From Prevotella sp. (GTDB taxonomy: Bacteria > Bacteroidota > Bacteroidia > Bacteroidales > Bacteroidaceae): a DNA stretch of 64,000 nucleotides. A model generated the notes under the pieces. It did no database searches and had not been told where the DNA came from. It saw only the letters and a program-made list of their open reading frames with translations. The position numbers and the translations under genes are program-made. The stretch is taken from positions 7,729-71,728 of the forward strand of contig JAFPZD010000023.1 in the NCBI GenBank assembly GCA_017417465.1, written 5' to 3'. Positions 40,095 to 49,869 of the stretch are shown here, in pieces. Within the stretch, counting starts at the first letter, position 1, and the number at the start of each line of letters is the position of its first letter.

Positions 40095-40959
40095 AACCCC
40101 ACAGCAGCACCCTCGTGTCGAACACAGGGCCGTCCTTGCAGACGCAGAGGTTGTGGACGTCGTATTGCTCAGGATCGTCCCACCAGCCGGAAGGACCGCC
40201 TAACGGCGAGAATGGCTTATTGGGCGTCTTCACCTTCTCCACACAGCAGAGACAGGCGCCCAAGCCACAAGCCATCAAGTTCTCAAGCGACACCTGGCAG
40301 TCGATGTCATGCGCACGGGCATAGCGTACCACGGCCTTCATCATCGGCGTAGGGCCACAGCTCAGGATGCGGTCGAACTTCTCCTGCTTCAGCACACTGT
40401 GATCGGTCACGAAGCCACGCTCGCCACAGGAGCCATCCTCAGTGGTCACCAGCACGCGGCCACGCTTGCGAAACTCGTCCAGCAGCAGCAGGTCGTCCTT
40501 CGTGCGTGCACCAAGCAGGAATGTTGCCTCAACGCCAGGCAGCCGCAGCTCCTCGCCCATATATAATAGAGGTGCAACACCCACGCCACCACCAATGAGC
40601 AGCACTTTCTTGTCGAACAGGAAGTCCCAATAGAACTTGTTGCCCAGCGGCAAGACGCAGTTCAGGCGGTCGCCACGCTTCAGCTGTGCCAGATGCCGTG
40701 TGCCATCGCCCACGCAAGCCACCAGCAGCCATAGCTCGTTATTCACGTAGTCAACCATGCAGATGGAGATAGGGCGGCGGAGGAACACCGAGGGCACGCC
40801 GTCGATGCGCACCTGCACAAACTGCCCTGGCGCGATGCCTTCGTTGAGCGGCTTGTCGTGCGTCAGCTTGATCAGTATGCATCGCTGGCTCACTGCATCA
40901 ACCGAGTTCACGGTCATATCCAGTATCTCCAATTGCGTTTTGTGTATCGTTGTTTCCAT
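40093..40959 (-). CDS. pyrK: Dihydroorotate dehydrogenase electron transfer subunit
   Basis: [37 protein letters not shown]...C.DGPVF. Confidence 0.95.
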   Translation of the reverse strand: METTIHKTQLEILDMTVNSVDAVSQRCILIKLTHDKPLNEGIAPGQFVQVRIDGVPSVFLRRPISICMVDYVNNELWLLVACVGDGTRHLAQLKRGDRLNCVLPLGNKFYWDFLFDKKVLLIGGGVGVAPLLYMGEELRLPGVEATFLLGARTKDDLLLLDEFRKRGRVLVTTEDGSCGERGFVTDHSVLKQEKFDRILSCGPTPMMKAVVRYARAHDIDCQVSLENLMACGLGACLCCVEKVKTPNKPFSPLGGPSGWWDDPEQYDVHNLCVCKDGPVFDTRVLLWG

Positions 40960-41341
40960 AATCTTCGTGTTTTTTGTTGCATTCTCGTCTGCAAAGGTAA
41001 TCATTTTCCATGAATTACGTGCAAATCACGCCATTTTTTCGCTCCCGTCAAATCAGAAATCATTTTTTTTGCCAGTTAACCCAATGAACACCCCCCGCTC
41101 GACTTTGCCACTTCGCAGCGAAGCGACAAGGCCGAGGGAGGGGAGGTCTATGCCAACGACCGATTAGGGTTTATCAATTTTGAAAGGCAACCTTAAGCAT
41201 CTTGCCAGAGTGACGGAATCCTGCACGGCGTAGCTGGTATAGGCCAACCTTAGGGCCAACCTTGCCTCAACCTTGGGGTGACAACGCTATCACAAGCACC
41301 CCAAAACTTGCACTGTGGCCACCCCCAAAACTGGGGTCAGA

Positions 41342-41836
41342 TTACTTCTTCGAAGGCACAAAACTCTCCCAGGTTTGGTCATCGTAGTAAACCCTAATCT
41401 CAGTGACGTGGCGAGGAGGTTTGTCAACGAATTTTACCGTTTCTCGCATCATATCCGTGCGTGTATTTCTTACACTAACGTGCGCTACTGTGCTGCCTGA
41501 CATGTTTGGAAGGGTAGAAGAGGATGGCGCTTCAAAGTCAAGACGACCCTCATGACCATGATCATTCGAAACAGGCGTAGTTAGCGCTCTTTCAGGCGTT
41601 TCAGCGCCCGCGCCCTGACCAGACGCCACACCATACATATTGCCAGTTCCAAACATCAGCCAATCGGTATTGATGTCGGGAATTTTCTTTTTGATAGCTT
41701 CAACGATGTTAAGGGTAGGGCGGGTGCGATCGTTGAAGATGCCACTCAGGGTTGCAGGGTTCGCCCCGATGAAGTCAGCGAACACCTGCTGGCTCATGTG
41801 CAGCGACTCCATGATCTGTTTGATTCTGTCCTTCAT
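41342..41836 (-). CDS. XRE-family helix-turn-helix protein
   Basis: MKDRIKQIM...SQQVFAD.IG...R..P.L...WLMFGTG; tail IRVYYDDQTWESF. Confidence 0.85.
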   Translation of the reverse strand: MKDRIKQIMESLHMSQQVFADFIGANPATLSGIFNDRTRPTLNIVEAIKKKIPDINTDWLMFGTGNMYGVASGQGAGAETPERALTTPVSNDHGHEGRLDFEAPSSSTLPNMSGSTVAHVSVRNTRTDMMRETVKFVDKPPRHVTEIRVYYDDQTWESFVPSKK

Positions 41837-41879
41837 ACTGTGATACGTCTTATTTTGGCTCCTTTCGGAGGGTTTTCTT

Positions 41880-42540
41880 AGAGTTTACAAAGGTAAAGCA
41901 AAAAAATGACATACGCAACAAAATCAAAGAGAAATTTACGTTATAAAAGTTTAAATTGATATTTTTAAATTCATAAATTCAAAGGGTAAGATAAGCGCAC
42001 AGTGTGCTTTAGATTTGCAAATTTAAATTTGAACCTCTAAAGTCGATTCGATGGTTTTCCGTAACAAAAACGGTCAACTAACTGGCTTTATATGAGTTAT
42101 TTTAACGAATAAGCGCGCATATTGGGGGATATGCATTCATTTAACTTTAATAGTGAGGCTTTTTTAAGTCAAAACGTGTATAAAATAGTATAACTTATTG
42201 GGTTTTAGTGTATTATCTAAACAAAACAGTGCCTGTATATTTATAGATTCAAAGTTTTGAATTGGTGAATTTAAAATCTTTATACTAAATTTTAAGTTTG
42301 CGAATCCGGTTATTTAAATTCCTAAAACCTGCTTTTCAGACATGAATATTTAACTTTTTAAACCATTCAAGATTTAAAAGCTTTACATCCTTAAAGCTAA
42401 ACAAATCCTAATTTTAAATCGGAGTTTTTCTCCGAAACTCAAAAACGCCATTACTAAAATATTTCGAACGACACTCCGAAAAGGCCGAAATGAGCGAGTT
42501 TTGAAGGGGGTCATTTAGAGCCAACCACCTGATTTTGTAG
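41880..42540. other. Long AT-rich non-coding region dense in TTTAAA-like motifs
   Basis: No ORF in the track; sharp compositional contrast with flanks. Confidence 0.7.
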
Positions 42541-42551
42541 GCACTTAGGCT

Positions 42552-42578
42552 AAAAAAGAGCACTCCTGAAGAGTGCTC
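42552..42578 (-). terminator. Intrinsic terminator of holA
   Basis: GAGCACTC/GAGTGCTC stem followed by a T-run on the minus strand. Confidence 0.75.
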
Positions 42579-42613
42579 GTTCTGGATGAAAAGAGGGTTG
42601 AAAAAGCGGCTTT

Positions 42614-43642
42614 TCAGTGCAAAATGTAGTAAATTAGTTCCTTCATCAACTCCCCAGGAGGGGTGTTGGCATTGTCAAGGCCTTTACTTTTGGCATCTAT
42701 CTCGCGTAGTTTGCTGATTATCTCGAGCACCTTCCGTCCGGTATAGTTTCTCATGCCCGTCATATACTCCTTCGCTGCCCATGGCGATCGCATCTCGAGC
42801 CACCCTGCTACAGCCTCCTGACTCTGCCTTTGTGGGCAATAATAGGCGAGCATCAGATTTTGAAAGAAGTTGAAGAGCAACGGGAGAAAGGAGTAGATGC
42901 TTCCTGCCTTCGGATTCTTGTCAAAATAATTGATTATCTGATTTGCCTTGTAGATATCGCGATTTACGATGGCGGCGCGCAGCTCGAAGCCGTTGAAATC
43001 CTTGCTCACCCCTATCTGGTCTTCCACCACCTGGGGCGTCACGCGGCGGTCGTTTTCGGGCAGTGAGATGAGCAGTTTGTCGAGCTCACTGGTGAGGCGA
43101 CTCAGGTCGGAGCCGATGGCCTCGGCGATGAGCTGCGTCGACTTCATGTCGATGCTCACCTGGCGCTGGCTGAGGTAGTCGTCGATGAAGGGCAGCAGGT
43201 CGCGGTCGGAGAGTTTCTTACTCTCGAAGAGCACGCCCGCCTGCTGGATGGTTTTGACATACTCGCGCTTGCGGCCGTCGATTTTCCCGTTCTTGTGACA
43301 GATGACGAGGACGGTGCTCTTCAGCGGCTGCTTCATGTACTTCTCAAGCGCATCCGTGTTCTTGATGTTTTGTGCTTCCTTGACGATGACCACCTGGCGC
43401 TTGGCCATCATGGGGTAGCGACGGGCAGCGTCGGCCACCTGTGAGGCCGTCACGTCGCTGCCAAAGAGCACCGTCTGGTTGAAGTCGCGCTCCTCGGGTG
43501 CCAGTGCATGCTCAGCGATGTAGTCGCTGAGCTGGTCGATGTAGTAACCCTCCTCGCCCATGAGGTAGTAGACGGGCGCGTATTTTTGCGCCTTCAGGTC
43601 GCTCATGATGCTTTTAAAAGTGACATTCTTGGGTTCTGCCAT
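42614..43642 (-). CDS. holA: DNA polymerase III delta subunit
   Basis: PVYYLMGEE.YYID, RDFNQTV, RYPMMA.RQVVIVKEAQ, ELDKL. Confidence 0.93.
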   Translation of the reverse strand: MAEPKNVTFKSIMSDLKAQKYAPVYYLMGEEGYYIDQLSDYIAEHALAPEERDFNQTVLFGSDVTASQVADAARRYPMMAKRQVVIVKEAQNIKNTDALEKYMKQPLKSTVLVICHKNGKIDGRKREYVKTIQQAGVLFESKKLSDRDLLPFIDDYLSQRQVSIDMKSTQLIAEAIGSDLSRLTSELDKLLISLPENDRRVTPQVVEDQIGVSKDFNGFELRAAIVNRDIYKANQIINYFDKNPKAGSIYSFLPLLFNFFQNLMLAYYCPQRQSQEAVAGWLEMRSPWAAKEYMTGMRNYTGRKVLEIISKLREIDAKSKGLDNANTPPGELMKELIYYILH

Positions 43643-43669
43643 AGATTATCCAACTGTTTTTGCTTCGCT

Positions 43670-43749
43670 CAAAGGTACTCTCGCTCGGAAAAATCCAAAT
43701 AAATTTGGTTTTTCGCTTGCTTATTCGTACCTTTGCGGCTGCAAAGATA
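43670..43749. promoter_or_regulatory. Divergent promoter block with three TAnnTTTG elements
   Basis: CAAAGGTA (minus, 43670), TACCTTTG (plus, 43728), CAAAGATA (minus, 43742). Confidence 0.6.
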
Positions 43750-43754
43750 CAAAA

Positions 43755-44204
43755 ATGAATCGAATAAACCTACCATCGTACGCAATAAAATTGCGTGAGA
43801 ATGGCTCAAAGCACGAAATTTTCGATTTTCTGCGTCGAAAATACGTCACGCTGACGCCCGAGGAATGGGTGCGCCAACACTTCACCCACTACCTCGTCGA
43901 GCACAAGGGCTACCCCAAGGGCCTTCTTGCCAACGAGGTGGAGCTGAAAGCCGGCGAGAAGCGCCTACGTTGCGACACCTTATTATATAATAAAGGGCTG
44001 GAGCCCCAGATGATTATCGAGTACAAAGCGCCCGAAATCGGCATCACGCAGCATGTGTTCGACCAGATTACTGTCTACAACATGCTGCTCCGCGTCCCCT
44101 ACCTCATTGTCTCAAACGGCCTGCAGCACTACTGCTGCCGCATGGATTACGACAACGCCACGTACGCGTTTCTCAGCGACATCCCTGACTACAGCGCACT
44201 TTGA
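43755..44204 (+). CDS. Stand-alone HsdR N-terminal (HSDR_N_2) domain protein
   Basis: IFDFLRRKYVTLTPEEWVRQH, RCD, IEYKAP, SNGLQH. Confidence 0.88.
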   Translation: MNRINLPSYAIKLRENGSKHEIFDFLRRKYVTLTPEEWVRQHFTHYLVEHKGYPKGLLANEVELKAGEKRLRCDTLLYNKGLEPQMIIEYKAPEIGITQHVFDQITVYNMLLRVPYLIVSNGLQHYCCRMDYDNATYAFLSDIPDYSAL

Positions 44205-44313
44205 GGAGGGGAGCCGAAAAGGGGGAAAAAGTGCGAAAATGGAGCATTTGTTTGGCTGAATGGAAAAAAATGCTTACTTTTGCACCGTCTTTGAATCAAA
44301 AACGTAACAGGCG

Positions 44314-44730
44314 ATGAGCATCAAGAAGGCATTTGAGGCCGCGTTCAAACGGAAACGCGAGAAGAACTGGGAGAAGATCTACGTGCTCGTGGACATCCAC
44401 GACACCATCCTCCACGCCACCTATGGCGATGCGGAGACCTATGAGTACCTGCCGCTGGCGAAGGAGGCCCTGCAGCTGCTGTCGTTCAGGGACGACGTGT
44501 GCCTGATACTGTGGAGTGGCTGCTACGAGGCGACGATGGAGGCCTACCGCCAGCGATTCGCCGCCGACGACATCTGGTTCGACTACCTCAACGAGAATCC
44601 CGAAGTGGTGAACACGAGTTTCCAGAACTTCGAGGCAAAACTCTATTTCAACGTGGGCATCGACGACAAGTTCGGCTTCGATGCTGAACACGATTGGAAG
44701 GACGTCATAGAGGCCATAAAGGAGGAGTGA
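44314..44730 (+). CDS. Small HAD-like hypothetical protein
   Basis: LVDIHDTI, LILWS, YLNENPE, KLYFNVGIDDK. Confidence 0.65.
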   Translation: MSIKKAFEAAFKRKREKNWEKIYVLVDIHDTILHATYGDAETYEYLPLAKEALQLLSFRDDVCLILWSGCYEATMEAYRQRFAADDIWFDYLNENPEVVNTSFQNFEAKLYFNVGIDDKFGFDAEHDWKDVIEAIKEE

Positions 44731-44900
44731 AGGAGATGAGGAGTTGAGGAGTTGTGGAGGTAAAGTAGAATACCTCTACTGCTCTGAGAACCTGCAAAAG
44801 GAGCGCGTAGATGGGGAAAGTCTATCCGACCTTTACCTCCTCACCTCCTCAACTACTTACCTCCTCAACTACTCAACTACTCACCTCCTCAACTACTCAA
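44731..44900. repeat. Inverted-arm element with inner inverted repeats GGAGGTAAAGTAGAATA / TATCCGACCTTTACCTCC
   Basis: GAGGAGWT 8-mer arm and ACTCCTCA-type arm. Confidence 0.85.
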
Positions 44901-44908
44901 AAAACACC

Positions 44909-45409
44909 ATGCAGATGATGAAGATTATGAAAACGTGCTTGCTTAGCGGCATCATGGCGATGCTCGTGGGATGCTCTCCCAAAAAGGTTATGCCGGCAGG
45001 AGAGCTGGTGAGCGTGGAACTCACAAAAAGCGGCACTATGGCTGGCTATATCTACGAAGGGCACGTCGACCGCCAGGAGAACGGCGAAGTGGTGCTGAAG
45101 GCCATGCGCGAGAACTATGGGCCGTTGGTGACGAAAACCGTTGATGCCGAAGCCCTGAAAAGGATACGCGACATCATTGAGCGAAACCGGATGTACGCCT
45201 ACAAGGAGGATTACCGTCCTTCCGTGCAGGTGTACGACGGCTATTCGTGGCATTTCTACGCCGAATTCGACGACGGCAGCTGCATCTCCTCTTGCGGCTA
45301 CAATGCTGGCCCTAAGGACGATGGTCTCGGAGAGATACGTGCCTACATCACTGAACTTATCGGCGACACAATGCCCGATGTCGTTGAGGAGGAAGAAGCT
45401 GAAGAGTGA
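44909..45409 (+). CDS. Hypothetical lipoprotein
   Basis: Lipobox LVGC; VYDGYSWHF; exact start uncertain. Confidence 0.65.
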   Translation: MQMMKIMKTCLLSGIMAMLVGCSPKKVMPAGELVSVELTKSGTMAGYIYEGHVDRQENGEVVLKAMRENYGPLVTKTVDAEALKRIRDIIERNRMYAYKEDYRPSVQVYDGYSWHFYAEFDDGSCISSCGYNAGPKDDGLGEIRAYITELIGDTMPDVVEEEEAEE

Positions 45410-45499
45410 AGCTAGGGTGGCGGAAGGCTTCTATTTGTAGAGATAATCGGTCGTTAGGTACAAAATCCGTAAATGGCTTCCCCTAAATATACATAAGAA

Positions 45500-45541
45500 G
45501 CCTCCCCTAACTCCTCCTGCAGGAGAGGTTAGGGGAGGTCT
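45500..45541. repeat. REP-like hairpin CCTCCCCTAAC...GTTAGGGGAGG
   Basis: Inverted repeat between convergent genes. Confidence 0.65.
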
Positions 45542-45589
45542 CTTCGGATGTACGGCATCAGTTGGCTGTCGCCCTACGGCAACGCCAGC

Positions 45590-46444
45590 TTACTCCATAT
45601 CGTTGGCATCGGTGGCTCTTTTCGACGATGCCGACTTGCGGGCAGTCGAAGCGCGGCGGCGCGTCTTCTTCTGATCGCTGACAGCCTTCTCAATCTTGAC
45701 GCCTGCCAGTTCGGGGTCGATGAGGATGCGGCCACAGTACTCGCAGACGATGATTTTCTTGTGCATCTTGATGTCGAGCTGTCGCTGAGGCGGAATCTTG
45801 TTGAAGCAGCCGCCACAGGCGTCACGCTGCACGTAGACGATGCCCAAACCGTTGCGTGCGTTCTTACGGATGCGCTTGAACGACGTGAGCAGTCGCGGCT
45901 CGATCTTCGACTCCAAGTCGTGGGCCTTGCTCTTGAGTTTCTCTTCCTCGGCGCGTGTCTCCTCGATAATATCGTCGAGCTCGCCCTGCTTGATGTCCAG
46001 GTCGCCCTGTTTCTCCTTGAGTGCCTCCTCGCTGGCTTCCAGCTCTGCGTTCTTGTCGGCGATGCGCTTCTGTGCCTCGCTGATTTTCTTGTTGCAGAGC
46101 TCAATCTCGAGCGATTGGAACTCGATTTCCTTCGACAGTGTGTCGTACTCGCGATTGTTGCGCACATCGTTGATCTGCTGCTTGTAGCGAGCCACGCTGG
46201 CCTCTGCCTCGATAATCTCGCCGCGTTTCTGCGAGATGGCACGGTCGAACTCGCCAATCTCGTTCTTGATGCGTTCGATACGTGTCGAGAGGCCTTCAAT
46301 CTCTGCCTCAAGGTCTTCCACCTCAAGTGGCAGCTCGCCACGCAGGGCTTTCTTCTCGTCGATTGAGGTCAGTGCCGACTGCAGTTGGAACAGTGTTTTC
46401 AGTTTCTCTTCTACGGAGAGGTCTGTAGGGTCTTTCTTTGCCAT
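45590..46444 (-). CDS. Coiled-coil C4 zinc-ribbon protein (DUF164-like)
   Basis: Long coiled coil, ACGGCF...CEYCGRIL. Confidence 0.9.
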   Translation of the reverse strand: MAKKDPTDLSVEEKLKTLFQLQSALTSIDEKKALRGELPLEVEDLEAEIEGLSTRIERIKNEIGEFDRAISQKRGEIIEAEASVARYKQQINDVRNNREYDTLSKEIEFQSLEIELCNKKISEAQKRIADKNAELEASEEALKEKQGDLDIKQGELDDIIEETRAEEEKLKSKAHDLESKIEPRLLTSFKRIRKNARNGLGIVYVQRDACGGCFNKIPPQRQLDIKMHKKIIVCEYCGRILIDPELAGVKIEKAVSDQKKTRRRASTARKSASSKRATDANDME

Positions 46445-46500
46445 TTTCTTGGTTGTTTATCGTTATTTCTTTTGTTTGATGTATCTCAGGGCCGATGGTG

Positions 46501-47286
46501 TCACATGTACACAATCGGGTTGGTGTTCGTCGCGGCAATCTCGCAGCGAACGCCAGGGCACTCGCGGGCGATAACATCGCGAAACAGCTCGGCGGTGAAG
46601 TGCTCGCTCTCATAGTGGCCGATGACGCAGATTTGCACCTGCTGCTCATGGCCGAAATACTGATGGTAGTGCATCTCGCCAGTGATAAACGCATCGGCAC
46701 CTGCACGCACGGCATCGTCGAGCAGGAAGTCACCAGCGCCGCCACAGATGGCCACACGGCTGATGGGACGCTGCAGCAGCGCGTTACACAGGGCGCAGGG
46801 TGCCTCCATTTGCCGCTTCACATGGGCGATGAATGCGTCTGCTGCCATCGGGCTTTCCAGTGTGCCAACGACGCCACTGCCACACTCCACGCCCTCGACG
46901 GTCTTTCCGGCGAAGAATGTGATGTCGCGAAGTCCTAACCGCTCAGCAATCTTGAAGTTCACGCCACCCAGGGCGTTGTCCAAATTCGTATGCATCGACA
47001 CCACGCAGACATCTGCCTTGATGGCCTTCACCACCGTGCGCTGCACGTCGGTGGCGCCAGTGATCTGCTTCAAGCCACGAAACAGCAGCGGATGGTGGCT
47101 CACCACGAGGTTGCAGCCTTTGGCTACGGCTTCGTCGATGATGTCTTCAGTGACGTCTAAACACAATAATGCCCCTGAAACCTCCGCCTCTGTCAATCCT
47201 ATCTGCAAGCCAGCGTTGTCCCAGCTTTCCTGCAGCGGCAGAGGCGCGAATCTCTCAAGGGCGCTCAGCACTTGCTTTATCTTCAC
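46501..47286 (-). CDS. Nif3-like dinuclear metal centre protein
   Basis: WDNAGLQIG, SHHPLLF, HTNLD, GHYESE; GTG start inferred. Confidence 0.92.
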   Translation of the reverse strand: MKIKQVLSALERFAPLPLQESWDNAGLQIGLTEAEVSGALLCLDVTEDIIDEAVAKGCNLVVSHHPLLFRGLKQITGATDVQRTVVKAIKADVCVVSMHTNLDNALGGVNFKIAERLGLRDITFFAGKTVEGVECGSGVVGTLESPMAADAFIAHVKRQMEAPCALCNALLQRPISRVAICGGAGDFLLDDAVRAGADAFITGEMHYHQYFGHEQQVQICVIGHYESEHFTAELFRDVIARECPGVRCEIAATNTNPIVYM

Positions 47287-47373
47287 GCTTCGTAATGTTT
47301 TGAACTGCAAAGGTACGGCTTTTTTCGCAAAACGCCCCTACCCCGCCCTGTTTTTAAAGGATATTTAACTAAA

Positions 47374-47572
47374 AGGAGATGAGGAGGTGAGGAGATGTGG
47401 AGGTAAAGTAGGATAGATGAGGAGATGAGGAGATGAGGAGATGAGGAGGTGAGGAGATGAGGAGGTGAGGAGATGAGGAGGTAAAGTAGGATAGAGATGA
47501 GGAGATGAGGAGATGAGGAGGTAAAGTAGGATAGAGGTGAGGAGATGAGGAGGCAAAATTAGGATATAGAGA
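47374..47572. repeat. (GAGGAGAT)n array with three embedded GGAGGTAAAGTAGGATAG motifs
   Basis: Motif at 47399, 47477 and 47517. Confidence 0.9.
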
Positions 47573-47575
47573 AGC

Positions 47576-48424
47576 TTACCACGCGCTGAGATCGCTGACG
47601 GCTTCGATGGTGTCCTCAACGTCGTCGGCCAACTGGAAGAAGAAGTTAATGCCCGACAGCTGCTCCACATCGTCGACGGTGCAGAGCTGCTCACGCCATG
47701 GTTGCCGCTGGCCGTGGTTACGGAAGACGAAGGCCAACGTGCGTGGCTGCGGACGTGGACAGTAGACGACCTTGAAGAAGGCGTCGGGCACGCGCACTTT
47801 GTTACGCCCGATGGTTTTCACTGCGGCTCCCTCATCGTACAGGGGGCCACAAACCACCGTCACCTCGCCAAAACGGCGTGCCCACGTGCGGCACTGCATC
47901 TCAAGGTCGTTCCAGTCTTCCTTGTTAAGCCCATGGTTCTGCGGACAGATGTTGGTCATCAGGAACGACTGGGTCATGGCCTCCTGATCCCACTTGTTGT
48001 CGCCCGCAGGGCACATGTGGCCACGGTCGTAGCGCGAGCTGTAGTAATCCTGGAAGGTGGCACGCGGCGTCGGCACTGCAGGATCCTCTTCGAAGCGCTC
48101 GTTCTCGCGCAACAGCCGCCCTTTGGTGTGCTCCTTCGTCAGCGTCCACGCCACCCAGTTTGGTGTGCGCGTCTCCTTGTTGTAGCTGGTGGTGTAACCT
48201 TTGCGGGCGATGAGCTTGTGAGGCACGCCGTCCTTCACCCACTGCCGCAGCAGGTTCACCGTGCCTGCCGTCTCTTGAGCGGGCTTTGCCACAGTGTTTG
48301 CCTTTTCTCCAGCGGGCTTTGCCACAGTGCTTGCCTGACGAACAAACCCGTCGATTCGCTTCTCATTCCTGCACCCCGCCATTGCCACGGTCAGGGCGAG
48401 CATCAGCCATATTGCTTTCTTCAT
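47576..48424 (-). CDS. DNA/RNA non-specific endonuclease (lipoprotein)
   Basis: PNWVAW, YDRGHMCPAGD, TNICPQ, VPDAFFK; MAGC lipobox. Confidence 0.93.
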   Translation of the reverse strand: MKKAIWLMLALTVAMAGCRNEKRIDGFVRQASTVAKPAGEKANTVAKPAQETAGTVNLLRQWVKDGVPHKLIARKGYTTSYNKETRTPNWVAWTLTKEHTKGRLLRENERFEEDPAVPTPRATFQDYYSSRYDRGHMCPAGDNKWDQEAMTQSFLMTNICPQNHGLNKEDWNDLEMQCRTWARRFGEVTVVCGPLYDEGAAVKTIGRNKVRVPDAFFKVVYCPRPQPRTLAFVFRNHGQRQPWREQLCTVDDVEQLSGINFFFQLADDVEDTIEAVSDLSAW

Positions 48425-48555
48425 CTGCTTACAAGTCTTAAAAACGGGTGCAAAGTTACTAAAAATTATTCATTCCCGCAAACCTTTCCCACAAACCTTT
48501 TGGCCATATCGCATTTTTCCGTTACCTTTGCACCGTCACCACGACCATCTCGATT

Positions 48556-49437
48556 ATGAAGAAACTGATTGCTACGCTTCTCGTTGCCGCCGTCTGGCCG
48601 TTCGTTGCACAGGCGCAAGTGTCGTTCCCCTACCCTGCTATCCCCGACGTTATCGTCGACGAGCAAGCGCGGTTGGCTTACGTCCTCGAGCACTTCTGGG
48701 ACAACTACCACTTCGACGACTTGTCACAGCTCAACCGCGACACTGGCGAGCAGGGATTCGTCGACTTCATCAACCTGATGCAGTATGCCGACTCGCTCAC
48801 CTGTGCCTTCGCCGCACAAACACTGGCCGACAGCATCACTAGCACCGAGCCACGCCTGCAGCATTTCGACGGCATCATCGACCACTACCTAGGCAACCCC
48901 GACTCGCCTATGAAGAACGACGTCACCTACGCCCACCTGCTGCGCGCCGTCACCCAGCGACTGCCCGACGGTCATGCCGTGAAGAGCCGCTTGGCCTTCC
49001 GCCTTGCGCTGGTGGTGAGAAACCAGCCGGGCATGCTGGCTGCCGACTTCGACTACATTGACCGCCAAGGGCACCACCACCGTCTCTACGACATCGAAAG
49101 TCCCCTGACACTCATTGTCTTCAGCGACCCTGAGTGTGAGCACTGCCACGAAATCATGCCACGCATCATCAGCAACACGACGCTGCAGAGCGACCCACGA
49201 CTGACGGTGCTCAACATCTACCCCGACGACAACCGCAAGGCGTGGGAGCAGGACGTCAAGGCACTGCCTGCCAACTGGCGCGAAGGCCGAAGCCCTGAGG
49301 GCGAGATGATGAAGAAGCAAATCTACGCACTGCCAGCACTGCCGTCGCTCTACTTACTCGACAGCCAGAAGCGGGTGCTCGTCAAGGACGGCACGCTGGA
49401 GCAGGTGGTGGAAAGGATAGTGAATAGTGAAAAGTGA
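48556..49437 (+). CDS. DUF5106 plus thioredoxin-like domain protein
   Basis: EHFWDNY.F, EQGFVDFI, DPECEHC, LPSLYLLD. Confidence 0.8.
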   Translation: MKKLIATLLVAAVWPFVAQAQVSFPYPAIPDVIVDEQARLAYVLEHFWDNYHFDDLSQLNRDTGEQGFVDFINLMQYADSLTCAFAAQTLADSITSTEPRLQHFDGIIDHYLGNPDSPMKNDVTYAHLLRAVTQRLPDGHAVKSRLAFRLALVVRNQPGMLAADFDYIDRQGHHHRLYDIESPLTLIVFSDPECEHCHEIMPRIISNTTLQSDPRLTVLNIYPDDNRKAWEQDVKALPANWREGRSPEGEMMKKQIYALPALPSLYLLDSQKRVLVKDGTLEQVVERIVNSEK

Positions 49438-49480
49438 AAAGTGAATAGTCAAATAGTGAAATAGTCAAATAGTGAAATAA
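49420..49480. repeat. GTGAAWA / AATAGTSA 7-8-mer array overlapping a stop codon
   Basis: Seen directly. Confidence 0.75.
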
Positions 49481-49481
49481 A

Positions 49482-49826
49482 ATGGACGATATGAATTGGG
49501 CAGACGATATCGATGGCGCCATCACCGTCTGCGACACCGAAGGCACCGTGTTGTACATGAACAAACGTTCGCAAGAGACATTCAACAAAGAAGGGCAGTC
49601 GATGGTCGGAAAGAGCATGATGTCCTGCCACAACGAACGCTCAAGAGCCATCATCAACCACATGCTGACTTCGGACGAGAGCCACTGCTACACCATTACC
49701 AAGAATGGGCGCAAGAAGCTGATTTTCCAGACGCCCTGGCATCAGGACGGCAAGGTGTGCGGCCTTGTGGAGTTCTCGTTCGTGCTGCCCGACGACATGC
49801 CTCACTACGATCGCGACAAGCAGTAG
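49482..49826 (+). CDS. Small stand-alone PAS domain protein
   Basis: AITVCDTEG.VLYMN, GKS.MSCH, YTITKNG.KKLI.QTPW. Confidence 0.82.
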   Translation: MDDMNWADDIDGAITVCDTEGTVLYMNKRSQETFNKEGQSMVGKSMMSCHNERSRAIINHMLTSDESHCYTITKNGRKKLIFQTPWHQDGKVCGLVEFSFVLPDDMPHYDRDKQ

Positions 49827-49869
49827 TCGCCACGTTCACACGCCCATGCCCTGCGGCAGCAGCAGTGCC

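Noticed and set aside
41880-42540. dif site or canonical DnaA-box cluster
   Set aside because: No convincing TTATGTTAAAT or TTATCCACA match found by eye
43755-44204. Type I restriction-modification or defence system
   Set aside because: Only a small stand-alone HsdR-N domain; no hsdM, hsdS or helicase nearby
44314-45409. Prophage remnant
   Set aside because: Two small hypothetical genes only; no integrase or structural genes
48278-48335. 33-bp duplication in the nuclease N-terminal linker
   Set aside because: Ordinary low-complexity lipoprotein tether
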